Assembly: GCA_965645245.1 (NCBI GenBank)
Contig: OZ287067.1
Span: forward strand, 1,054,001-1,118,000
Direction of reading: 5' to 3'
Length of the DNA: 64,000 nucleotides
Source of the DNA: Massalongia carnosa
Lineage: Eukaryota
In this document: in pieces, positions 54,447 through 64,000 of the stretch
Numbering within the stretch: the stretch's first letter is position 1
Layout: the number at the start of each line of letters is the position of its first letter
Made by a program: the position numbers and the translations under genes
The notes under the pieces: model-generated
Seen by the model: the letters and a program-made list of their open reading frames with translations, nothing else
Database searches by the model: none
Told to the model about the DNA's origin: nothing

Positions 54447-57400
54447 TCAGCGAGTAACCTGTAGTTTCTTGATTCGCCTGCGCTTTGCTTTCGGCTTTGC
54501 ATCGAAATCCTGCTTCAGTTCTAAGGCTCCATCCAGATCTTTCTCTGGTACCCACTCATCATATTCTTCAGGGTATCCTACCCATTTTACCTTATAGAAT
54601 ATTTCCCCTTTCTCAGACCTTCTACCTATAATTTCTTCCACTTCCCATTCCTGTTCATCGTTAATAATTTCAGGTGGGGGTAGAAACGGTATATGCTCTT
54701 GACCATCTCTTCGCTTGTAAGGTTCTAGGTAAGAGACATGAAAGACCGGGTGAATTCTATAAGTCGTAGGAAGAGCAAGACGATATGCCTGCTTGCCGAC
54801 TGCTTCTAGAATGCGAAAAGGACCTAAAAACTTATGTGAAAGTTTCTTACTAGGCCTTTTTTGTTTTAGATTCTTGGCAGATAACATTACCAAGTCCCCT
54901 TCATTGAAATCTTTCTCAAGATGTTTCCTGTTGTAGTACTTGGCCTGCGCTTCGGATACGCTTTTCCAGCGTGCCTCTAAAGAATACCTGAACTCGTGTA
55001 ATTGCTTTACTCGTTCTTTCGCAGCGGGCACCCTCTCCACAGCGACGTCGTCCCCGACTTCGTAGCGAATCTCCGGGTTATAGCCGTACATACAATAAAA
55101 GGGGCTGCACCCAAGCGTACTTTGATAACTGACTTGGTAGACAAATTGTGCTAGGGGCAATAGTGCCACCCAGTTGGATTGATTGTCAGTGCAGTAAACT
55201 CTCAAATAGTGTTCAAGGGTCTGGTTTTGTCGTTCGGTTTGGCCATCAGTTTGAGGGTGAAAGGCCGTGCTAAGCCGGCGTTTCGTCTTTAAATGAAAAC
55301 AAATTTCTGACCAGTACTCACTGGTAAAGACCGACCCTCTATCCGATACTATGCCCTCAGGAGTGCCGAACTGTAATACTACCGATTCAAACAGAATTTC
55401 TGCAAGGTCCACTGCATTGATTTTTTTCGTAACCGGGATGTATAGCGCCATTTTGGTATATCTATCCACAATTACTAGGCACGAGTCATAAACCCGGCCG
55501 AAACGCTTGCTAGGTGGAAACCCAGTTATGAAATCCATAGTGATTTCTTTCCAAGGACCGGAAGGACGTGGAAGCGATTGCATAACCCCGTAAGGTCGGT
55601 GCCTAGGCGCCTTCGTCCTTTGACAAATGTCGCAGGATTCCGTGTACTTCTTCACAGTCATGTTAAGTCCTTTCCAATAGTATTTGCGGGTAAGCAACTC
55701 AGCTGTTTTCTCCGCACCAAAATGACCCGCGAGCTCGTCGTCATGATGACGCCGCAACAGCTCCGCACGAATAGATTCTTCATCGGGCACGTAAATTCTG
55801 CCACGATGATTGAGAAGATCATTGCTATCTATAGTCCAAATTGCTTCGGGGGAGCGACCACCCTTGCGCTTCAAAGACTTAGCAACGGTCTCTCGCCTGC
55901 TAGACACGAATGCGTCTTTCCCCTGTAGCGCCTTGATGAGTTCAAGCACTGACTTGGAAGCACTTTCCAAAGGCTTTTCTTCATCTGATAAGGCAACAGC
56001 TACAGCCCGGGGAATACATTGCGTCAAGCCGACTTCAAAAGTATCACTCTCTTCGTCAAGAGAAGTAATTGATTTAGAGGTTTCACCCTCTAAATTCTCC
56101 AGGGGTTCAATCCCGGACGAAGCTATCTTTGAGCGAAGATCATACCTAAGTGCGGCAAGCACCGTACGAATTCCCGGCGTATAACCTACGCATAAGGAAT
56201 CTATTTTGCTCAGCTTCTTTTGAAGAGTAGGCAACAATCTCGTCACCTCGGTGTTGATGCTCTGATAATCAGGGCGCCTAGACGGTGCATCGGCAGGATT
56301 GGTCTTTCCCGAGCGATGCATGATTACGAAATCATAAGCGGCTAATTTCATAGCCCATCGCGCTTGCCGACCACTCAACACCTTAATATTCATAAAACCC
56401 CTCAAATTGTTGTGGTCTGTCAGGACCTCAACGGGGTGCAGGCTACCCTCCAGGTAATGCCTCCAGTGTTTAAAACACATCACAATGGCCAGCAACTCTT
56501 GATCATGGGTTTCATAGTTGCGCTCGGCCGGTATCATCTTCCGCGAGTAGAAAGCGACGGGATGCCATTGCCCATCCTTCTGCAACTGGGAGATAATGCC
56601 AGAGATTCCGAAATCCGATGCATCGGTCTCTAGGCGAATGAGCAGTTCTGGATCGAAGTGAACCAAGATGGGCGCGCCCTGAAAGGCTTCTTTCAGCTTG
56701 CTAAACGCTTCCGCTCCTTCGGCCGTAAGATAAAAAGTACCCCTTTTTATCCCAGCCTGCATGCCTTTCAGCATGTCAGTCAATGGCCTAGTGATTTGAG
56801 AATAATGACGTATGAAACGTCGATAGAAATTGGCGAATCCTAGAAAGACCTGAATGTCTCGAAAGGACTGAAGTGCAGGCCAATCCCGCACGGTTTCAAC
56901 CCGGCGTGGATCCATAGAGATACCATCGCTGCTAATGATAAACCCTAGATATTCCACGGCCGTAGCAAAGAACTCGCACTTTTTAAGATTTGCATAGAGA
57001 TCGTGTTTCCTTAGACGACGTAACACCTCTTTAACATGCTCCACATGGCTGGTTCTATCTTTGGAAAATACCAATATATCGTCCAGATAGACTACGCAGA
57101 AAACATCCACGATCCCAGATAAAGCTTTATTGATGTAAGCTTGAAAAGTTGCAGGGGCGTTGGCTAATCCAAAAGGCATAACCATATACTCGTAGTGTCC
57201 GTAACGGGATCGAAATGCTGTCTTCCACTCGTCGCCCTTGCGGATTCGGAGACGATGATAAGCATCTCGCAAATCCATTTTGGTAAAATAGGAACACCCG
57301 TTTAACTGATCCAGTATCTGCGTGCTAAGAGGGAGCGGATGACGATTCTTTTTGGTCACCTTATTCAATCCTCGATAGTCAACGCAGAGGCGCAGAGTAC

Positions 57401-58253
57401 CGTCCTTCTTAGGCACAAATAGTATTGGTGCACCTGCAGAACTGGTGGAGTCCCGGATCCAACCCTTCGCCAGGGCGTCGTCAAGATATTCCCGAAGAGT
57501 CTTAAGCTCCGTATTCGATAAGTTGTATAAAGGACCATAAGGTGGATCACCGCCTTCTAAATCGATAGCGTGGTCACAGTCCTTGTGCGTAGCTAATTGA
57601 TTGGCTCTGTCCTTAGAAAAAACATCCTGGAATTCAGCAAATTCCACAGGTATCCCCTGCGTTTCGTTGGTGTTCCGGCTGTTGTTCTCATCAACAGCGC
57701 CAACATTAACAGGTTGTCTTTCGGAAGAAGGTGCAATGGGTTGAGCCACTATAGCATAGAGTGGTGCCCCGGAATCCAGGGTCTTCGCAAACTGTTTAGG
57801 CTTGCACAACTCGAACATATCAGACTGAAAGCCATAACGCCAGCGCTTCGCTCCATAATCGATTACGATACCCAGCTGTTTGAGACCAGGGAGACCCAAC
57901 ACCAAGTCAGGGCCCTGTTTGTCAATTGCGTAAAACACGCTGGTAAAGGTGCGCTGTCGTTCCCAAGTATCCTCGAGAGCCATTACTACCTCATAAGCTC
58001 CATAGCAGTAAACCTCCTTACCATCCATGAATTGAGGAGCAGGTAGTTCGCTTTCAATAGGTCTAAGATCTGAAGCGACGACGAATCCCTGATTAATCAC
58101 ATTAATCTCGGCTGCTCCATCAAGCAACACTGTCGCCGGGTATTTTTGGCCTCCGCTCGTTATAGTCCCCTCAGGAATTAGGCTTGGCTCGCTTTCTACT
58201 GATCGTTTCCCTCCATCGGCTGGCGAGCTTTCCGTGGAGGTTTGGCTTTTCCC
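54447..58253 (-). CDS. pol: Pol of element D2
   Basis: Same domain order and motifs as D1 pol, with a few amino-acid substitutions. Confidence 0.95.
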   Translation of the reverse strand, partial: GKSQTSTESSPADGGKRSVESEPSLIPEGTITSGGQKYPATVLLDGAAEINVINQGFVVASDLRPIESELPAPQFMDGKEVYCYGAYEVVMALEDTWERQRTFTSVFYAIDKQGPDLVLGLPGLKQLGIVIDYGAKRWRYGFQSDMFELCKPKQFAKTLDSGAPLYAIVAQPIAPSSERQPVNVGAVDENNSRNTNETQGIPVEFAEFQDVFSKDRANQLATHKDCDHAIDLEGGDPPYGPLYNLSNTELKTLREYLDDALAKGWIRDSTSSAGAPILFVPKKDGTLRLCVDYRGLNKVTKKNRHPLPLSTQILDQLNGCSYFTKMDLRDAYHRLRIRKGDEWKTAFRSRYGHYEYMVMPFGLANAPATFQAYINKALSGIVDVFCVVYLDDILVFSKDRTSHVEHVKEVLRRLRKHDLYANLKKCEFFATAVEYLGFIISSDGISMDPRRVETVRDWPALQSFRDIQVFLGFANFYRRFIRHYSQITRPLTDMLKGMQAGIKRGTFYLTAEGAEAFSKLKEAFQGAPILVHFDPELLIRLETDASDFGISGIISQLQKDGQWHPVAFYSRKMIPAERNYETHDQELLAIVMCFKHWRHYLEGSLHPVEVLTDHNNLRGFMNIKVLSGRQARWAMKLAAYDFVIMHRSGKTNPADAPSRRPDYQSINTEVTRLLPTLQKKLSKIDSLCVGYTPGIRTVLAALRYDLRSKIASSGIEPLENLEGETSKSITSLDEESDTFEVGLTQCIPRAVAVALSDEEKPLESASKSVLELIKALQGKDAFVSSRRETVAKSLKRKGGRSPEAIWTIDSNDLLNHRGRIYVPDEESIRAELLRRHHDDELAGHFGAEKTAELLTRKYYWKGLNMTVKKYTESCDICQRTKAPRHRPYGVMQSLPRPSGPWKEITMDFITGFPPSKRFGRVYDSCLVIVDRYTKMALYIPVTKKINAVDLAEILFESVVLQFGTPEGIVSDRGSVFTSEYWSEICFHLKTKRRLSTAFHPQTDGQTERQNQTLEHYLRVYCTDNQSNWVALLPLAQFVYQVSYQSTLGCSPFYCMYGYNPEIRYEVGDDVAVERVPAAKERVKQLHEFRYSLEARWKSVSEAQAKYYNRKHLEKDFNEGDLVMLSAKNLKQKRPSKKLSHKFLGPFRILEAVGKQAYRLALPTTYRIHPVFHVSYLEPYKRRDGQEHIPFLPPPEIINDEQEWEVEEIIGRRSEKGEIFYKVKWVGYPEEYDEWVPEKDLDGALELKQDFDAKPKAKRRRIKKLQVTR

Positions 58254-59437
58254 GACTTTGCGACGGCGTTCACACCGTGCTTCGGCTCCTTGTCGTCTTT
58301 AGGAGGGTTGGGACACTTGTTGGCGTAGTGACCCTGTTCTCCGCAGCGATAACATGTCACCTCGTCGGTACTTTCCTTTGTCTCAGCATGCTTTCTTTTC
58401 TGACCCCTTTTACCGTCTTTCGTAGGTTTTGGTTTGTCAGTGTCCTTTATCTCCTCGTTCCTCTTATCTCTATGTGATTTAGTGCGAGGGGGGTGAGAAC
58501 CATTTGGACGCTCATGCTTCGACGTCGTTAAGACATCGTTTTCTCTTTTCTGATTGTTTTCCAGCCTACTGGCCAGAGTCACCAGAGCTTCTCTAGTCCT
58601 TGGAATATTCTGATAGTTGCCTATAGCTGCTCTAATAGACGGCCGCAACTTAGTAAACAGATGAGTCGCTCTTTGTTCTTCGGTATAGGAGGGCAACTGG
58701 TCCTCGAGGCTACTCAAGTGCGCCTCGAAAGCTCTTACCGTTTGCTTCTCTCCTTGCTTGGCTTCGGCAAATAATTGGGCCATATGCAGACCTCGATTAA
58801 CTGGGTCCTCGACAATATTTAACAAGAATTTCAAGTACTCTTCGAAGGTATAATTGTGCATTTCACCGTCTGCCTCATATCGATGCCAAGCTTCCTTAGG
58901 CTCCCCTTCCAGCGATTGCATTGCGAAAGCGATCTTGGATTCATCATCTGGGAAGTCCTCTTTTGCCACGCGAAACGCCACTCTGCAGTTCCGCTCATAA
59001 TCCAGATGTTCCTTGACCGTTTTTCCATGATAGGGACTGACTTTCTCGGGTCTAGCAGCGCGTCTCCTGTAAACAACTACAGGTACTGACTGGCTACTCG
59101 TCATCTCTACATCGTCGTCAGAACGAGGGTTAATGGCTCCTCTCATTACCGGTTCCTTGGATGATCCGGTAGGGTTTGGAGGTTTCGAAGGCTTTTGAGT
59201 TTGTTCTTGCAGTTGCTCAATACTGGCTTTCAAATTCCTCAGACGTACTTCCTTCTTAAGTTCGCTACGCCTGCGCTCAGCTTGCGCTATCTGTTCGTCC
59301 AACGTCAGGGGTTGAATGGGTTCGACTACTTTTTCCATTGGGGTCAGGGCTCCTCTTCCAGGGCCCTCAGAATCCGAAAGTTCTTCGATCCGCTCCTCCG
59401 GCATCATGGTATCAGAGGCAACTTCTTGCGCGGACAT
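58196..59437 (-). CDS. gag: Gag of element D2
   Basis: 413 aa, nearly identical to D1 gag. Confidence 0.92.
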   Translation of the reverse strand: MSAQEVASDTMMPEERIEELSDSEGPGRGALTPMEKVVEPIQPLTLDEQIAQAERRRSELKKEVRLRNLKASIEQLQEQTQKPSKPPNPTGSSKEPVMRGAINPRSDDDVEMTSSQSVPVVVYRRRAARPEKVSPYHGKTVKEHLDYERNCRVAFRVAKEDFPDDESKIAFAMQSLEGEPKEAWHRYEADGEMHNYTFEEYLKFLLNIVEDPVNRGLHMAQLFAEAKQGEKQTVRAFEAHLSSLEDQLPSYTEEQRATHLFTKLRPSIRAAIGNYQNIPRTREALVTLASRLENNQKRENDVLTTSKHERPNGSHPPRTKSHRDKRNEEIKDTDKPKPTKDGKRGQKRKHAETKESTDEVTCYRCGEQGHYANKCPNPPKDDKEPKHGVNAVAKSGKAKPPRKARQPMEGNDQ

Positions 59438-61153
59438 GGCGGGACGATAGTGTATAGAAGGTGTATAAATGTGTCAACGGATCGTCACTCCTTGAAGGAT
59501 AGAACGATTAGAATTGTAAGAGTCAGACCTGGCGATTAGCAGACACCAGGCCTAGGGATATGTGACAATGTGAAGACACTAATGATTTGCTATACTAATA
59601 TACTAAAAGAAGTATGTAGGTAAAGCGGAAGACTAATCGTTGAAGATTGCATCTCCCTCGAGCAGCCTCCTTATATACCCGGACCGAAGCCCTTGACCCT
59701 CTGGGCCCTTGATACTGTAACTATCTTGACCGCCCATTACTCCTACCGGATAAGCCGGCTAAACACTCTGCTGACTGCATCGTGGACACTGTGCTGACTG
59801 TATCGTAGACACTGTGCTGACTGTATCGTAGACACTGTGCTGACTGTATCGTGGACACTGTGCTGACTGTATCGTACCATCCGCTCACTAATCGTACGAG
59901 CATCCTCGTATATCTCGATCGCTCGTACTATACTCTCGGCAGTAGATACCAGCCGCGTAACGCAGACCAACTGCTTTCCATATGACTAAGCCTAGCCGTA
60001 GAACTAAGGCCCGCTTAGTTAGCTTAGCCCTTATTCCTTCTATGCCCTGACACATACAAGAAAGAAAAGAACGTCAGCGTCATGATATGAGCTGCTTTTT
60101 GAGAAAATGATCGTTTCGATTTGATGAAAATGATTCGTGATTCAATCATTCAGCGAGAAAATTATTTCGCTAATTTTTATCTGCATATTTTGAACGAAAA
60201 TCTTCGAGAAATTTGAAAATCGAGTTTCACGTTCATGCAGAACAATGCATTCATTCATATCGTCAAAAAGATAAAGAAATGATTTGAAAACAATGAAGTA
60301 ATGATCATCGATTGATCTTTTTACTCTTCTGATTTGAACTCAATCGAGCATCTCTGATTCAGATTCAAAGAACTCGTGTATCAGATTCGCTCTGACATAA
60401 AAGACGTCGAAAATGATGATGAAAACGTTCGAATCGTTTTATTTGATGCTTTACAGCAAGCGTGACAAATGATTAATACGAAACATATGAATGATTTGAT
60501 AAGAAGTATGAATAATCGAGTGCAGGTCGTTATAGCTGCGAAGAAATGATACACTCGATTTTAATCGATCAAATTGAGTTGAAATCTGATGTATATATTC
60601 TATGTAATCACTGCAGAAAGGTACTTGTCATTTCAAAAATTATGAAAGTGTTTTTGAGTAGATGATCGGAAGAGTGATGATGGTGAGGTAGGTGAGGTCG
60701 CGGAAACTTTTGTCCAGGGACTGTACCTGCTCGCTACGGACCATGATCAAACAGCGAATGACCTCAAGGGGGGTCCTGTGAAGGCTATGATTAGACCATC
60801 GCGGCTCGTCAGGTGTCTAATTCCCGCGGGCAAAGGCTCAGCTTCCCAACGAGAAATGATGGCCCCTGTCACTTCCCCTGCTAGCCCCCCCACTGATCTT
60901 CCCCCCACTACTCATCACATTTACCAAGTTCAACAAAAAATTGAGTAGAAAGGCTACAAACTCAATCTTAATCTGTGCATCATTCTCTGTCACTTCGATT
61001 TTTCTTTTCATCCTTCCTTTTCTCATCCGTCTGCTAGAAATCACCTGGCTCTTACTGACAACACTCTCATTCCTCAGAATCCACGTATGAGTAGTGGTTG
61101 AGGCCACATCTAAGAAGTGACGCCAACCAAAGCACAATTCACCTCATAGCACC

Positions 61154-62533
61154 ATGACTTCTACTCAGCTTCTTGAATCGTCACGAGGTGCGAAAACTAC
61201 GGAAGAAACATATGGACAGCTCGTGGATACCTACGGCAACACCTTCAAAGTCCCAGATTTCACCATCAAGGAAATTAGGCAAGCGATTCCTCCTCACTGC
61301 TTCGAGCGATCGGCCTTGCGCGGCTACTCCTATATTGCCAGAGATGTCCTTCTACTAGCATCCACCTTCACCATCTGGCACAACTATGTTACACCACAGA
61401 CCGTCCCTTCAACACTACTTCGCTTTGCTCTCTGGTCGGTCTACGGGTTCCTTCAGGGTCTCTTTGCCACCGGCCTTTGGGTGATAGCACATGAATGTGG
61501 GCACCAGTCCTTTTCCACGTCCAAAGTCATCAATGATACAACAGGCTGGGTCTTACATTCTTGTTTGCTTGTGCCGTATTTCTCGTGGAAGATTTCTCAC
61601 GGAAAACATCACAAGAGTACAGGACACATGGAGCGTGATATGGTCTTCCTACCCAAGACTCGCGCAGAGTATGCACGTCGGGTCGTCAAGAGGAAAATTT
61701 GGGAGATCACCGAAATGGCCGAAGAGACACCAATCGTGACGGCCTACATGCTCATCCTTCGTCAACTGATTGGCTGGCCCATCTATCTCCTACAAAACAA
61801 GACGGGACACAACTTTCATGCGCGCCAGGCGGAAGGCCGAGGTGTTGGTAAAAGGAACGGGCCTGGTGGAGGCGTCAACCATTTCTCTCTTGAGAGTCCA
61901 CTCTTCGAAGCCAAAGATGCCAAACTCATCGCCTTGAGCGATCTTGGCTTAGGTCTCGTGGGAATCGCTCTTACCGAGGTTGCCAGGCGCTATGGCCTCG
62001 GTAATCTCTTCACTTGGTACTTTCTTCCATACCTGTGGGTCAATCATTGGCTAGGTAAGAACCCCCAATTCATCAAAGGAAAAGAGAAGAACACACAACT
62101 GATGAAAATACAAATAGTCGCAATTACCTATCTCCAGCACACCGACCCTGCAATCCCACACTACGGTTCCCAAACCTGGTCATTCACCCGCGGCGCCGCC
62201 GCCACTATCGATCGTGACTTTGGCTTCATAGGCCGTTCACTATTCCACGGCATCATCGAAACACACGTCCTGCACCACTACGTCTCCACCATCCCCTTCT
62301 ACCACGCGGGGGAAGCCACCGAAGCCATCAAACCAGTCATGGGCCAACACTACCTCTCCGACACCAAAGAAGGGCCCATCGGATTCATCAAGAATCTCTG
62401 GCGAAGCGTGCGATGGTGTCAGTGGGTGGAAGAAAGCCAGGATGCCAAGGGGGAGGGGAAAGACATACTCTTTTACCGGAATCGCAATAATTTGGGAGTG
62501 CCGCCAATCGTTATGGAGAAAAAGGTGTCATGA
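61154..62533 (+). CDS. FAD2: Delta-12 (omega-6) fatty acid desaturase family, one 63-nt intron at 62055-62117
   Basis: His boxes HECGH, HGKHH and HVLHH, plus TIKEIRQAIPPHCFERS. Splicing GTAAGA..TAG restores WVNHWLVAITYLQHTDP. Delta-12 versus omega-3 specificity cannot be proven from sequence alone. Confidence 0.9.
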   Translation: MTSTQLLESSRGAKTTEETYGQLVDTYGNTFKVPDFTIKEIRQAIPPHCFERSALRGYSYIARDVLLLASTFTIWHNYVTPQTVPSTLLRFALWSVYGFLQGLFATGLWVIAHECGHQSFSTSKVINDTTGWVLHSCLLVPYFSWKISHGKHHKSTGHMERDMVFLPKTRAEYARRVVKRKIWEITEMAEETPIVTAYMLILRQLIGWPIYLLQNKTGHNFHARQAEGRGVGKRNGPGGGVNHFSLESPLFEAKDAKLIALSDLGLGLVGIALTEVARRYGLGNLFTWYFLPYLWVNHWLGKNPQFIKGKEKNTQLMKIQIVAITYLQHTDPAIPHYGSQTWSFTRGAAATIDRDFGFIGRSLFHGIIETHVLHHYVSTIPFYHAGEATEAIKPVMGQHYLSDTKEGPIGFIKNLWRSVRWCQWVEESQDAKGEGKDILFYRNRNNLGVPPIVMEKKVS

Positions 62534-63099
62534 TGGTTCATTCGCTACTTCCCCCCCCCCCCGGGAAAACTCAGACTCGATGTGTCGGTCGGCTCTGAGA
62601 TGAGATGAGAGCCTTATCATTATTATAGGTGGCACTTTCGAATCCCCCCTAAGCTCGGTGGCTAGACCATACCATGGGGTGACCCGCATCTACTTACTAG
62701 GATCATGCTTTGTGCTACATAGTTCTCAGCTTTTTGAGGTAAAAAGACTTTCATCCCGAGCTCGGTATCAGACTAGACAACAGCGTGGCGTTCATTCATT
62801 CATTCATATTTATTTGGGAAACAAAGATTCCACAAGTCTGTATGTATAGATCGCGTCGATTTTTCCACTCTAGATAGATAGATAGGGGACCTTGTCTTCA
62901 ACTCGAACAAGTTCATCCAGATGCATTTATTTGCTCACTAGGTACATTATTATTACATTACAAAGCCATCCCTTGATTCCCATCTTCTCACCCTGTCACC
63001 CTTACTTGCCCAGCCCAGTACAGTACCCTTAGTAAGGGCGCCACGACACGACACAATCGTAACATCCATCTTGACGCAATTATGCAATCATGCAATCAT

Positions 63100-63330
63100 T
63101 TCCTATCTCAATCTCAATATCAATCTCAATCTCAACATCAATATCTAATACTATACTATACTATAATCATGAAAGCTGCAACCTAACCAACCTATCTCGC
63201 CTATCGAGTTTACATACATACATACATACATACATTCTTATTTAAGGATACATACCAGAGATAGTAGATAGTATATCAATTGGTAAGTTAGTGTCCACAC
63301 ACACATATACATACATACATACATACTTTG
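63100..63330. repeat. Short microsatellites (ATCTCA)n, (ACTAT)n, (TACA)n
   Basis: Directly visible simple repeats in the intergenic or 3' UTR region. Confidence 0.6.
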
Positions 63331-63670
63331 ATGAGTAGGTAGGTAATCTACATACTTTCTGCATTCTGCATTCTGATAGAGGGAGCGATCGATCGAAGTG
63401 TTATATCATTGTACGTACGAGGTTCTTTGTATTTGGAATTGTTGAAGGTGCTGTAGGCAGCTAGGATTTATATCTATGATGGTACTGTAGGGGTGCTGTA
63501 CTTCGCACGCCCACTGTGATCTTTTGGTCTAGGTAGTCGAATCCCTAAAAAAGAGCACACCGTAGGCATCTATCTATCTACGTTGTGATACATACATACA
63601 TTCGGCCATCTGCAGTTGGCTCTTCCCAAATCATCCCCCTTCATTCATTCAATCAAGCTACATGCCCACT

Positions 63671-64000
63671 CTATGTATTTTTCCTCCGCAGCCGTTTCCA
63701 CATCTTGGCCACCGTGAAACCAGAGCTCGCCGCCGCCGCCACACTCTCTGGTGGATCGTCCCAGAACGAAGCCTTTTTTTCCTCGTTACTTCGGACTCTA
63801 AGTGATGTGTCACTTCGGGGCGATGCGGTGCTTCTGGGCAAGGCGATTGTTTTGGGGGGACTGAGATTCTGCGCCTTGTGCTCCTCCTCCTCCTCATGTC
63901 CGCTCTTATCCGGTGACGAGGCGGATGCATTCCGCGGCGTTTTTTGAGCAGAGTGGTATCGACCGCCTTGTCTGAGGGCCGATTTCATCTGATAATCGAG
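63671..64000 (-). CDS. Probable 3' end of a gene entering from beyond the right edge
   Basis: The frame is open to the window end and has Ser/Glu-rich protein-like composition ending KMWKRLRRKNT*. It is followed by UTR-like low-complexity sequence. Confidence 0.45.
   Translation of the reverse strand, partial: LDYQMKSALRQGGRYHSAQKTPRNASASSPDKSGHEEEEEHKAQNLSPPKTIALPRSTASPRSDTSLRVRSNEEKKASFWDDPPESVAAAASSGFTVAKMWKRLRRKNT

Larger units (their letters stand above)
53432..60052 (-). mobile_element. Ty3/Gypsy chromovirus D, copy 2, intact, 6621 bp
   Basis: 538-bp LTRs at 53432-53969 and 59515-60052, each with 5 copies of the 23-bp repeat. TSD CATAC. Near-identical to D1. Confidence 0.96.
52758..60723 (+). 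mobile_element. Tc1/mariner family 2, copy 2 (1340 bp net), decayed, interrupted by element D2
   Basis: TA at 52756-57 and 60724-25. Perfect 26-bp TIR. Transposase relic from ATG 52853 with I*SDEC, FMQNNAFIH and *SFYSSDLNSIEHL*. Confidence 0.94.

Noticed and set aside
53432..60052. D2 and Tc1 copy 2 as a segmental duplication or assembly error
   Set aside because: Different TSDs, insertion sites, LTR repeat counts and SNPs show independent insertions.

Overview
Eukaryotic DNA from a filamentous ascomycete, judged from GT-AG introns with CTRAY-like branch sites, RIP-like mutated repeats and fungal gene families. The left ~8.5 kb holds four genes: a Ser/Thr kinase, a fungal gasdermin (HET-Q1/RCD-1-like), a convergent large subtilisin S8 protease (HET-Q2-like) and a PAQR/HlyIII receptor. 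These are followed by a decayed Tc1/mariner element (8635-9994) and a 34.7-kb transposon nest (10144-44842). In the nest, a 1340-bp Tc1/mariner is split by one heavily mutated and four intact Ty3/Gypsy LTR elements, and every junction and target-site duplication (TSD) can be read. Next come an intronless PNP_UDP-NACHT-ankyrin NLR-like gene (45431-49423), a second copy of the Tc1/mariner interrupted by a second copy of one Gypsy family, and a delta-12 fatty acid desaturase. Removing the transposons brings the NLR to about 2.2 kb from the protease start, suggesting a compact kinase/gasdermin/protease/PAQR/NLR immune or cell-death locus. Old repeats carry C>T changes mainly in CpC context rather than canonical CpA. 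All family assignments are from motif recognition by eye; no database searches were run.
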